Below, in pieces: positions 41,000 to 54,881 of a DNA stretch of 64,000 nt; the stretch's first letter is position 1, and every line of letters begins with the position of its first letter. Position numbers and translations under genes: made by a program. The notes beneath the pieces were generated by a model, which saw only the letters and a list, made by a program, of their open reading frames with translations, ran no database searches and had not been told where the DNA came from. This DNA comes from Octopus vulgaris (lineage: Eukaryota): assembly GCA_951406725.2 (NCBI GenBank), contig OX597825.1, forward strand, positions 21,514,001 to 21,578,000, given 5' to 3'.

Positions 41000-41617
41000 A
41001 TAATATAATATAAAAATGGGACAAGAACACAAAACATCCAGACAGTTAGGGGAAACAAAAAAAAGGAAAGCAAAATATCCTGACAGACAATACAAGGAAA
41101 ACAATGACGTATCATTCGGAGTTTTCTATCCTCAGTCGAGTTCCAGATTGTCTTTGCAATTTCGGCTGATACATACATACATACATACATACACACACAT
41201 ATGTAAGTATACATGTATATCTCTACAGTTCTATATTTAAGGGATGAGGAATTATGCATATTATTTATATTATTTACATTATTTACATTTGACGGACAAA
41301 TATCCGTGAAATGTAAATAATGTAAATAATCTATTTCTCTATCGAGTATACTATAGGGTGCTGCTATATGCCGCTGATCACAGTGTGCTTACTCGCATGT
41401 TTTAGCTTTCGAATGATGATACCTTTCTGGCTAGCGCGGACAGGCCACCATTGCCCAGGAACGGAACGGCGGTGCATGACAGGGTTATCTCTTTACAGTT
41501 GAATGTAAATGGAGCAAAGCGAAATGAAGTGTTTTCCTCCTGAACACCACACTGGAAAGAAACCACGATCATGTCGTGACTGTGACACCCTGACGAACAG
41601 GTCACATGCACTAGTGG

Positions 41618-41789
<172 letters not shown>

Positions 41790-42004
41790 TCGTCTGTCTG
41801 TCTGTTCGTCTGTCTACCTACGTGTGGACATGTGGCTAGGTGTGTACGCGTGTATATGCGTATGCACTTTCGTGCGTGTACGCATGCATGCCACCTTTTG
41901 TGTATGTGTGTTTGTATGTGTGTTTGTATGTGTGTATGTGTGTGTTTGTGAGTGTGTGTGTGTGTGTATGTGTGTGTGTGTGAGTGTGTGTGTGTGTGTG
42001 TGTC

Positions 42005-42049
<45 letters not shown>

Positions 42050-42188
42050 AAATGGGAAATATTTGAAATTCACCCGTGTAATATCTGGTATTGATTTTCT
42101 TATATCAACCATCTCCACTGACTTAAATACATATAAAATATCTATAATGATGTCGACATCAAAAGGAGTTCGATTCCAGGCAGTGATT

Positions 42189-42234
<46 letters not shown>

Positions 42235-42236
<2 letters not shown>

Positions 42237-42598
42237 TGGAGGCGCAATGGCCCAGTGGTTAGGGCAGCGGACTCGCGGTCGTAGGATCGCCGTTTCGATT
42301 CCCAGACCGGGCGAAAACACCTAAAAGCTCCACGATGCTCCGGCAGGGATGGTGGTGATCCCTGCTGTACTCTTTCACCACAACTTTCTCTCACTCTTAC
42401 TTCCTGTTTCTGTTGTACCTGTATTTCAAAGGGCCGGCCTTGTCACTCTCTGTGTCACGCTGAATATCCCCGAGAACTACGTTAAGGGTACACGTGTCTG
42501 TGGAGTGCTCAGCCACTTGCACGTTAATTTCACGAGCAGGCTGTTCCGTTGATCGGATCAACCGGAACCCTCGTCGTCGTATCCGACGGAGTGCTTCC

Positions 42599-42599
<1 letters not shown>
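42235..42599 (+). mobile_element. SINE family C inserted in an (AAT)n tract
   Basis: Same head and body as 15044-15429, with a small internal deletion. Confidence 0.85.
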
Positions 42600-42657
<58 letters not shown>

Positions 42658-42663
42658 TAGCAA

Positions 42664-42845
42664 CATCGAAAAATACCTTACGAATAAGAACCCAGGTTCG
42701 AAATTTCCCCAAGACACATGATGAAGGCTGGAGCGTATATCAGCCGAAACGTGATAACAACAAACATGATGAGGACAAATATCCGTTGAACATAAATAAT
42801 GTAAATAATGTAAATAATGTCTCATCTCTTAAATATAGAACTGTA
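42664..42845 (+). mobile_element. Single arm of the AAT-associated hammerhead element (core C3 mutated: ATGATGA)
   Basis: ACAC-ATGATGA-A-GGCTG-gagcgtatat-CAGCC-GAAA-CG-T; flanks match 51153-51339. Confidence 0.75.
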
Positions 42846-43632
42846 TTTAATCAGGAGTCGTAACCATTCTGCATATCGACAGATTTAATTCTATTAAGTC
42901 TAACGAGTTACCGCATGAAGTTTTTTTGTGTAAGGGAAATAACCCTGAAAATTAACAATTCTTACTTATTTCCCTTTAATTCTATCTGAACGTTGGCAAA
43001 TTCGCAATGCATTTTAAACCGAATCTAAACATATGTTATTTCTTTTAGACGTTTCAGTCATTTGACTGTGGCCATGCTGTAGCACCGCATTAAAGAGTTT
43101 CAGTCGTAGAAATTGAACTCAAGACTTATTTTTAGTAAGCCTAGTATTTATTCTGTCGGGCTCTATTACCGAACCGCTAGTTATGGGGACATAAAAGACC
43201 CAACATCGGTTGTCAAGCGATTATGAGAGCGGGGTCATACACAACCACAAAGACACACACACACATAAATACACACACACGTATATCTGTCACTTAGCGG
43301 TTCGGCAAAAAGAGACCGATAGAATAAGTACTGGGCTTACAAAAGAATAAGTCCCGGGGTCAATTTGCTCGACTAAAGGCGGTGCTCCAGCATGGCCGCA
43401 GTCAAATGACTGAAACAAGTACAAAAAAAAAAAAATATGTGTGTGTGTATATATAAATATGACGAGCTTCTTTTAATTTCCGTCTACGAAATCCACTCAC
43501 AAGGGGTTTGGTGGGCCCACGGCTATAGCAGAATATACTTGCCCAAGGTGCTACGCACGCAGTGGGTCTGAACCCGGAACGATGTGGCTGGGAAGCAAGC
43601 TTCTTAGCACACACCCACGCTTGCGCCTATAT

Positions 43633-43737
<105 letters not shown>

Positions 43738-43758
43738 TATATACATATATATATAATA

Positions 43759-44163
43759 GGCGCAGGAGTGCCTGTGTGGTAAGTAGCATGTTTACCAACC
43801 ACATGGTTCCGGGTTCAGTCCCACTGCGTGGCATCTTGGGCAAATGTCTTCTGCTATAGCCTCAGGCCGACCAATGCCCTGTGAGTGGATTTGGTAGACG
43901 GAAACAGAAAGAAGCCCGTCGTATATATATGTATATATATATATATATATATATGCGTGTGTGTGTTTGTGTGTCTGTGTTTGTTCGATGTTGGTGTGTT
44001 TATGTCCCCGTTACTTAGCGGTTCGGCAAAAGAGACCGATAGAATAAGTACTGGGCTTACAAAAGAATAAGCCCTGGGGTCGAGTTGCTCGATTAAAGGC
44101 GGTGCTCCAGCATGGCCGCAGTCAAATGACTGAAACAAGTAAAAGAGTAGAAGAGTAAAAGAG
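43759..44163 (+). mobile_element. SINE family A, near full length (further partial copies at 43020-43628)
   Basis: GGCGCAGGAGTG head through the AAGAGTA tail. Confidence 0.85.
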
Positions 44164-45533
44164 ATGAATAACTAAATAAAATTATAAATATCTGACTTAT
44201 GCACTCACATGCATTTACATACACTCGCGTACAGATTCACACACATTAAACATATTAAAACTATGTCAAGGCATATCTATGAACAATTACCGCTTTAAAA
44301 TCTCATCTTCAACTTCTTTTCCAAAGTCGATAATTATTTAGATTGAAATAAATTTAAATTCAAATTGATGTTTAAATTGTTCTCTTGAATTATTCTTACT
44401 CTGGAATCACAAATAACCTTTGATTTGTGTCAGATTTGAAAATATTGCTTCACAGAAATAGAATCTATTACAAACAGAACAACATCCAGCCATCAAACCA
44501 AGGAACAATAAAAGCTCTTGTTTGCAGTCGTTAAAAATAGCAGCCAAATCCTCCTCTCTTCTACAGAATTTATATTGCCATGAAAATAGAGAAGAGACAT
44601 CGGATCATGTTCTATATGCACAATGCCTGTAAAGGCAGGATGACCAAACCTAAGCATTTTTCATCATATGATCTAACAGGAACAGCAAAAACAACGGCTG
44701 CAATGGAGGCGCAATGGCCCAGTGCACAAAAGACACCTAAGCTCCACGAAGCTCCCGCGGGGAGTGGGGGGTGAACCTCGCTGTACTCTTTCGCCACGAC
44801 TTTCTCTCACCCTTTCTTCCTACTTCTGCCACAAAGCAGAGGAACCATGGTGTAACCCACTATGGTGTAGTAAAACTTTCAGACCCTAGTCTTGATTGCG
44901 AACCCTCTGTACCCCAGGATGGTTCAGCTCTCCACCCGTTAAAAGCCACTGTTTACGGAATGAGGATAACAACGTAGCTTTCGCGCCCGTGCAACCGCCA
45001 GTCTATCGCGTGTGGTGGGTGGATCTTCATGTTGCCACACGCACTCTTAGTAGCTTAGAGTAGGCTCGAATTAGAGCTTATTTTTTGCGGCTAATGGCAT
45101 GAGTCCTGATTGGAAGAAGAAGAAGAAGAAGACAGCAGCTGCAATTGTTGCAGCAGTAGTAGCAGCAGTAGCAGCAGTAGTAGCAGCAGTAGCAGCAGTA
45201 ATATGTCATTATTGTAGAAATGCGGGAAAAATGAGCAGCATAGCGCCATCTAGTATAGCTAAATATCTTGGATTCTCCACGTCTTCTAACACGTTAAGTT
45301 GGCGCCTTAGCACAATTTAGTTGTCTTGAGGAAAACAAGTATCTGTGTGAGTGTATGTGTGTATGCGTGTGTGTGTGTGTGTGTGTGTGAGTGGGTAACG
45401 AAATGTTTAAAGTGAAAGAGAGAAAGGAGAGGAACAGAAAGTGCAAGAGAGAGAGAGAGAGGGAGAGGGAGAGAGAGAGAAAGAGAGAGATAGAGATAGA
45501 GAGGGAGACAGTGGAAGAGAGAGATAGAGATAG

Positions 45534-45576
<43 letters not shown>

Positions 45577-46119
45577 ACTTGAGAGCGATAGAGACAGACA
45601 CAGAGACAAGACTTTCTGAAAGAAACTTCTCCCCTTTCTCCCTCTATGCTTCGCTGTGCTTGAAATAACACCATACTTATCTCTCTCCCTCTCTTTTTCT
45701 ATGAACCAATCTATGTTTCTATCTATCAACCTACCGATCTCTTTGCCTATCTTTACAGCTATCAATCAATCTATCTATTTTTCTACCTCTCCACAGAATT
45801 GTATGCTTTTGCAGCGCGTTGATGACATTACAACGAATGTCTTCCCGTTTAAGCGCAAGTTCTCCCAACGCCATCATAGTATTAATTCGTTCTGACGTTC
45901 TCATAGTGTTTTCTTGGTCGAGATATTAGGGTGATTTGCCATTGTCTTCCTCAACTGGATGGTCGTTGGCCCACAAAGAGCTCATGCATTCTTTGATAAT
46001 TCTTGTTTTCAGCCCACGTTTATAATTTTACAATTACACTCTAAATATTCATTTAACCCATATAGTATTTTTTGTATGTTGGCCACTGATAAATCATTAA
46101 TTAATGACTTTATGGTAAT

Positions 46120-46510
46120 TACTCTTTTACTCTTTTACTTGTTTCAGTCATTTGACTGCGGCCATGCTGGAGCACCACCTTTAGTCGAGCAAATCGATCC
46201 CGGGACTTATTCTTTGTAAGCCCAGTACTTATTCTATCGGTCTCTATTGCCGAACCGCTAAGTGACGGGGACGCAAACACACCAACATCGGTTGTCAAGT
46301 AATGCTAGGGGGACAAACGCACACACATACACACATATATATATATATATATACATATAGACGACAGGCTTCTTTCAGTTTCCGTCTACCAAATCCACTC
46401 ACAAGGCATTGGTCGGCCCGGGGCTATAGCAGAAGACACTTGCCCAAGATGCCACGCAATGGGACTGAACCCGGAACCATGTGGTTGATTAGCAAGCTAC
46501 TTACCACACA
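46120..46510 (-). mobile_element. SINE family A
   Basis: Reverse-complement match to the family. Confidence 0.85.
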
Positions 46511-46843
46511 ATATATAACAAAACCATTCGCACCGAAAGCATATATATATATATATATGCTTTCGGTGCGAATGTTTTTTTTATACCTCGCTATATTTTA
46601 CAATCCTGTAAATAATAATAATGGTATTTTTATATAAGCTCAAAGCTAATGGCGATCATCGAGCAATGACTAACGAATACTGTTTAATAACGGGGCTTAT
46701 GAGCCCTCGAACAGAAAAAAGAAGCCTTTCCTATCCACGTCCGAGGGCTTACATGCCCGTTATCATGCTATTTCCCTTAGTCATTGCACGGTGATCGGCA
46801 TACGCTTTAAACTTATATAAAAATACCATTATCATTATTTACA

Positions 46844-46906
<63 letters not shown>

Positions 46907-46927
46907 CATATATATATACATACATAC

Positions 46928-47027
<100 letters not shown>

Positions 47028-47140
47028 GTAGACAGTCGTGTGCAATGAGTTACCAAAAAGGAAAGGTATAATTGTCACTAAATATGACTATGGTGTTAGA
47101 ACAATGTTGTAGTATTTAATATGTGTGTGTGTGTGTGTTT

Positions 47141-47184
<44 letters not shown>

Positions 47185-47201
47185 GTATATATTGGGATCT
47201 G

Positions 47202-47285
<84 letters not shown>

Positions 47286-47916
47286 AAATCTACGTAGAGC
47301 CATAGGAATGACATTCAACTGGACAAGGGACCTCTACTTGCTGTCTTCGTGTTGGCTTGATTTGTTAGAGCGAGCTGGTAAATATTCTCCGGTTTCCATT
47401 CCTTTGTCTTGAAGTAGAGGAATGTTCTGTATAATATGGGAAAACGATGAGATATTTATTCAAGCCTGGACCGACTTTGAACATAGGTCTGCTTGTCCCA
47501 AGGAACAACGATGACAAAAAGAAGTGGAAGAAGATCAAGAAAAAGAAAAAGGGGAGAAAGAAAAAGAAGAAACGAATAATAACAACAGCAACAATTAAAG
47601 AACAATATCAACAGAGGTATTAAAATAAAAATTATTTTTTCTATTATTATTATTTGATCTCAGAAATACTGAAGATAATTTGCAAAAAGATACGAATGAC
47701 CCTCAATTGTCAATAGATGCTTAAATTTAATACAAGTTTCTAAAATAATTCAATAATAAAATGCAAAGGTTGGCATTTTATAGGAGTGGGTTTGTTAATT
47801 CCACCGACCCCATTGCTCAACTGGTATTTATTTAATCGAGACCGAAATGCTAGAAAGCAAAGTTGACCTCGTCGGGATTTGAACTCAGAATAGAAAACCA
47901 GAGAAAAAAAAAGTTA

Positions 47917-48680
47917 CCTATTTCTTTACTGCCCACAAGGAGCTAAACACAGAGAGAACAAACAAGGACAGACAAATGGATTAAGTCGATTATATCGACC
48001 CCAGTGCGTAAGTGGTACTTATTTAATCGACCCTGAAAGGATGAAAGGCAAAGTCGACCTCGGCGGAATTTGAACTCAGAACGTAACGGCAGACAAAATA
48101 CCTATTTCTTTACTACCCACAAGGAGCTAAACACAGAGAGGACAAACGGATTAAGTCGATTATATCGACTCCAGTGCGTAACTGGTACTTATTTAATCGA
48201 CCCCGAAAGGATGAAAAGCAAAGTCGACCTCGTCGGAATTTGAACTCAGAACGTAACGGCAGACGAAATACCTATTTCTTTACTACCCACAAGGAGCTAA
48301 ACACAGAGAGGAGAAACAAGGACAGACAAACGGATTAAGTCGATTATATCGACTCCAGCGCGTAACTGGTACTTATTTAATCGACCCCGAAAGGATGAAA
48401 GGCAAAGTCAACCTCGGCGGAATTTGAACTCAGAACGTAGCGGCAGACGGAATACCTATTTCTTTACTACCCACAAGGGGCTAAACACTGAGAGAACAAA
48501 CAAAGACAGACAAACGGATTAAGTCGATTATATCGATCCCATTGCGTAACAGGTACTTAATTTATCGACCCCGAAAGGATGAAAGGCAAAGTCGACCTCG
48601 GCGGAATTTGAACTCACAATGTAGCGACAGACGAAATACCGCAAAGCATTTCTCCCGGCGTGCTAACGATTCTACCAGAT
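47917..48680 (-). mobile_element. Family B SINE: one head plus four tandem body units
   Basis: CCTATTTCTTTACT recurs at about 47918, 48101, 48271 and 48455; head remnant at about 48640-48680. Confidence 0.85.
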
Positions 48681-50212
48681 CCTCGACTCTACTAAAAAAA
48701 AAAATTTAAAAGAAAAAAAAATTCTAATCACTTTTACACACTGGTGTTTAAATTGACTTAGTAGTGCGTGACATCAAGCAAAAACAAGCGCCCCACGTAA
48801 GACCATCACCAGAAGACCTCGAAGCTAATTACATACTGAGTTGCGTCTAATTAATTTTACTGCTCCACTGTAGAACAAAACAAATCCAATAAGGAATTTG
48901 TGCTCAAGATTAAATAATAGTGAGCGTTTATCTGCGTCAATAACTACGTGTAAATTGTGTTTGTTCAATCATATTCAAATGGAATTGATACGCAGGTCTG
49001 TATCAAGGGAATAACTTTTGAGATGAAATTACTGTAAATAATATAATTCTATCTAGAAGTAAATTCTTTAGTCATGCTCTGAGGCTTACTGTTGCTTTGA
49101 TAGGCTGTAGAGGCTTGGAATGGTCGTTAATTATATTGAGTATATTTCAAAAAATCCATATTTCAAACGTACTTATTATATTAGCAGTGGGACATAATAG
49201 TAACAAATTTGTTTGATTATCAACAAAAACAGATTAGTTTTACGCTTGGTTCATTGGAAAACGTTTGCAAGTAAATACGGCAAACTGGTTACTTTAGATT
49301 GAATAAAAACATGAAAATATACACTTAACATTTAGGACACGAACAACGCAATGTTGTGCAAGGCAAAGGCGTTGTTATGTAGCCAAGAAGTTCGTTTAAC
49401 GGACACGCCAAGCAATAGAGAGGACAAACGACACACACACAAACACTCCTGGTTTTCCACACAGTTTCCTATTTGTTTATTGCTCACAAGGGGCTAAACA
49501 CAGAGGAGACAAACAAGGACAGACAGACTGATTACGTCGATTATATAGACCCCAGTGCGTAACTGGTACTTAATTTATCGACCCGAAAGGATGAAAGGCA
49601 AAGTCAACCTAGCCGGAATTTGAACTCACAACGCAGACGAAATACCGCTATTTCTTTACTATCCACAAGGGGCTAAACACACAGGAGACAAACAAGGACA
49701 GACAGACTGATTACGTCGATTATATAGACCCCAGTGCGTAACTGGTACTTAATTTATCGACCCGAAATTATAAAGTGGGCACATTAATCACACACCCATT
49801 TAGAAAATAAATGACTAAATAATACAAATAGATAAGCATTTCGCCCGGGGTGCTAACGTTTCTGCCAGCTCGCCGCCTTATTCCGTCTGTCAAATACACT
49901 CCCAAGATGTTTGGTCGCTGCGGGCTATAGTGGAGGACACTTGTCCAAGATGTCTCGCGGTGTGACTGGAGCCAGAAACCTCATAATTATAAAGTGGGCA
50001 CATTAATCACACACCCATTTAGAAAATAAATGACTAAATATACAAATAGATAAATAAACATTTGGTGCACTCAAATATTTGTGGCAGCACATCGTTTGAG
50101 ACCTTCTTCTAGTCTACTCTCGTTCCATAAAAATTACACTTATCGGTTTATATATATTTTTATTTGAGCATCAGATCAATTTTTGCAGATAGGAAGTGAA
50201 TGTATAGTAATA

Positions 50213-50286
<74 letters not shown>

Positions 50287-50303
50287 TGATGATGATGATG
50301 AAG

Positions 50304-50346
<43 letters not shown>

Positions 50347-50387
50347 TGATGATGATGATGATGATAATAAGTTAGAACAATACAGAC

Positions 50388-51339
<952 letters not shown>

Positions 51340-51615
51340 ATATACACTTCGTCCCGCTGATGAATCGAGTGTGGTCTGAACACACGTTCGTTGTAAAGCA
51401 GAAGCTGTTTTCCAACAGCAATCGACATATTCACGTTCGAATTTGTCGGAATGTTTAAAAATGTTTAAAAACATCGTTTTGATTCTTGCTGTTCATATAA
51501 CGATTTATATTTGGTTGGTAGATATAAGAACGCATCAGCGAACAGTTTGTTTCATGAAATACAAAAAAAAAAAGCTTCAAATTTCTCGTTAGATTCATTG
51601 TTCCGTGGTGTCTTT

Positions 51616-51660
51616 GTAGCTGACGAGTCACAACGATGTCGAAACACCGGGTGTCCCAGA
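51616..51660 (+). ncRNA. Minimal hammerhead-like motif (family shared with 34761)
   Basis: G-CTGACGA-GTCA-caacga-TGTC-GAAA-CACCGGGTG-TC-CCAGA. Confidence 0.5.
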
Positions 51661-52459
51661 TTTCTCTTGAAGCCGATGAATCGAAACTCACATTCGTTGT
51701 AAAGGAGTTGTTTCTTCTGAAAATTGAACACAACAGCGATTAGCTTATTCACGTTTGGTCCGTTTTCTCCATCCTTGTTTTTGTATACATTTGCTGTTTT
51801 TTTTTCAAAGGAATCTAATGTTCTTAGCTTAGTTTTCCTTGGGGCTGGCCAGATTGGAGCAATCTCAAGAATAATCAGCTGAAATTGTGAGGTTAAGTTG
51901 GTGCTTGACTGAGGAAAGAAAACCTCGAATGACCCGTCCTTGTTTTCTTTGTATCGTCTATGTGGATGCTTTGTTGGCCCTTTTTGTATCACCTAGCTGT
52001 CCGGATGTTTTGCGTTCTTGTCCATTTTGTATTATATATATATATATATATAGCGGCGTACGTACACTTTGATCTCTTATATGTAAGTATATACATATAT
52101 ATATATATAAATCATCGTAGAAAAACACAGTCTCTGTTAAACCACAACAAATACACGTAAAAAGGCTACATTCAGTCGCAAGGCCAGGAAGTCTAGGGGA
52201 GTGGTTAAGTCGATTACATTGACGCCAGTGTTCAACTGGTACGGATCGACGAAAGGCAAAGTCGACGGAATTTGAACCCAGATCGTAAAGGCGGTCGAAA
52301 TGCTGTCGTTTTTAACGGTTCTGCTAGTTCACTGCCTTCTGTATTTATATCCACTTGTGCAAATTACGCTTCAGATTTTGAAATGAATAAAATGAAATAA
52401 AATAATGGTGGAGGACATTTCTGTCTACAGCTAAGTGTTAGATATGACATCAGCTATAT

Positions 52460-52615
52460 CGATATCTTGTTGTTGTTATTGTTGGTGTTGTTGTTGTTGT
52501 TGTAGTCATTGCTGTTTTTATTGCTTATTGTTTGATCGCTTTCTTTTCTACTTCGACTGTCACATATCAGTTTCTCCTACTTCACTACTTAATCTTATTA
52601 ATCATCATCACCATC

Positions 52616-52647
<32 letters not shown>

Positions 52648-53197
52648 CATCACCATCATCATCATCGTCGTTGTCGTGATCTTCAATCATCATCCTCATC
52701 ATTATCAATCATCATCATAGTCGTCATCTTCATCATCTTCATCATCATCGTTATCATCATCATCGACACCACCACCAGCACTACTAGCACCACCACAACC
52801 ATTATCATCGTCATTGTCGTCGACATCATCATCATCATCATCATCGCCACTATCATCAATTCTCCTCCTCATCATAATCATCATCGTCATCATCGTCATT
52901 ATCTTCATCATCATCATCATCGACATTTTGTATATATCGTTGGTCCTTTCGTCACTTACGTTATCTATTCCCCCCACCTTACCTAGTCCTTCTCCTCCTC
53001 CTCCTCCTCCTCCTCCTGATGATGATGATGATGACGATGATGATGATCAAAATAATTATGATCATCAGCATCCCCACCACCGGAACCATCATCAGTATCA
53101 TCATCATCAAAATTACGACCTACTCCATATACGGTATCGGAATGTAGCAACAATGTCAAACGAAGAACACAAGAACAATTACAAAGACATCATCGCT

Positions 53198-53276
<79 letters not shown>

Positions 53277-53453
53277 GCAACAACAACACTTCTAGTTATT
53301 TTCAATTTGAATCACAAGACCAAGAGACAGTGTCAAGTGATAACAGATACAACGAAATCAAACATCAACACAGCCGACTTCAGCAGCAGCAGCAGCAGCA
53401 GCTGTATTATTATCATTTTTATTATTATCATTACCACTATTATTATCATTATC

Positions 53454-53551
<98 letters not shown>

Positions 53552-53647
53552 TATCATCATCGTCATCATCATCATCATCATCATTATTATCATTATCATC
53601 ATCGTCGTCATCATCATCATCATTATTATTATTATTATTATTATCAT

Positions 53648-53695
<48 letters not shown>

Positions 53696-53700
53696 CAGCA
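52460..53700. repeat. Compound trinucleotide low-complexity region (TGT, CAT, CCT, GAT, AAC, CAG, TAT, TAG)
   Basis: Seen directly. Confidence 0.9.
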
Positions 53701-54019
53701 ACGACTAGAGTGGCGAAGATTATGATAAACAAATAAAAATGTACAGAAAAAAAACCAAGTCTAGAAAAAAAAAAGAGAGAAACGTGAAACAAGTAAGAAA
53801 ACAATAAAAAAAACAAAGAAAAATGTACATATTTCTCAATGATTGCTTTGCAAAGACAAGACGGTGACCACTTCTCTTGATGGATTGTTTATCCGTTGAA
53901 AGTAATCTTTTAAGAAACGCAAACTGAATGTCAGAAAATAATATCAACATCCGTAAAACAATAATAAAAACAACAACAACAATAATCAGAGCAGAGCAGT
54001 CGCAACAGGAGCAACGACT

Positions 54020-54413
54020 TACTCTTTACTCTTTTACTTGTTTCAGTCATTTGACTGCGGTCATGCTGGAGCAACTCGACCCCGGGACTTATTCTTTTGT
54101 AAGCCCAGTACTTATTCTATCGGTCCATTTTGCCGAACCGCTAATTGACGGGGACGTAAACACACCAGCATCTATTGTCAAGTAATGCTAGGGGGACAAA
54201 CACAGACACACAAACACACACACACACATATATATATATATATGCATATATACGACGGGCTTCTTTCAGTTTCCGTCTACCAAATCCACACACAATGCTT
54301 TGGTCGGCCCGGGGCTATAGCAGAAGACACTTGCCCAAGGTGCCACGCAGTGGGATTGAACCCGGAACCATGTGGTTGGTAAGCAAGCTACTTACCACAC
54401 AGCCACTCCTGCG
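54020..54413 (-). mobile_element. SINE family A
   Basis: Reverse-complement match to the family. Confidence 0.85.
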
Positions 54414-54432
54414 ACTTATTTATATTTAATGA

Positions 54433-54769
54433 CTAGCAGTATCGCCCGGCGTTGCTCGGGTTTGTAAGGGAAATAACTATAAAGCATTTTTAGAGAGTTA
54501 TAGCCAAAAAATAGCAAAAAAATGGGAAAAAAAATGATGGTAAATTTTTTTTGATAGTTAAAAAGGTCGAGTTGCGTCCCCTAGACCATCTGTGGTTTGT
54601 GTTTCTGATTGTCGACCCCATGTCGAAATTATCGATCTTTTTCAGAACTGGGGCTATGTGTGTGTCAAGTTTCATCAGAATCGGTTGAAAGCCGTGGTCA
54701 GGGTGAGGGTACGAGAAAACAGACACACAGAAACACACACAGACAAACTGCCGTTTATATAGAGAGAGA
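54433..54769 (-). mobile_element. Non-autonomous Helitron
   Basis: Minus strand starts A|TC (54770/54769) and ends with hairpin CCCGAGCAACGCCGGG...CTAG|T (54433); inserted between A and T with no TSD. Confidence 0.75.
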
Positions 54770-54881
54770 TAAGGTATCTTTTCATTTTTTTTATACGTTC
54801 AGGGTAGATTCGAACGTGAATATCTGGTTGCTGTTATTTGCTATTGGAAAACATTTCAAGGAAGATGTCATTGTCACGGGA

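Noticed and set aside
42235-42315. tRNA-like sequences (also at 15350-15428, 62159 and 63410)
   Set aside because: A/B boxes are present but there is no complete cloverleaf, and each continues into a SINE body; these are SINE heads, not tRNA genes.
44830-45080. GC-richer patch with several small hairpins after a degenerate SINE head
   Set aside because: I could not fit an HDV-like, twister or hammerhead consensus by eye; probably an old repeat fragment.
45241-45256. CTCF-like motif GCGCCATCTAGT (weaker one at about 880)
   Set aside because: Partial match only; cannot be distinguished from chance without ChIP data.
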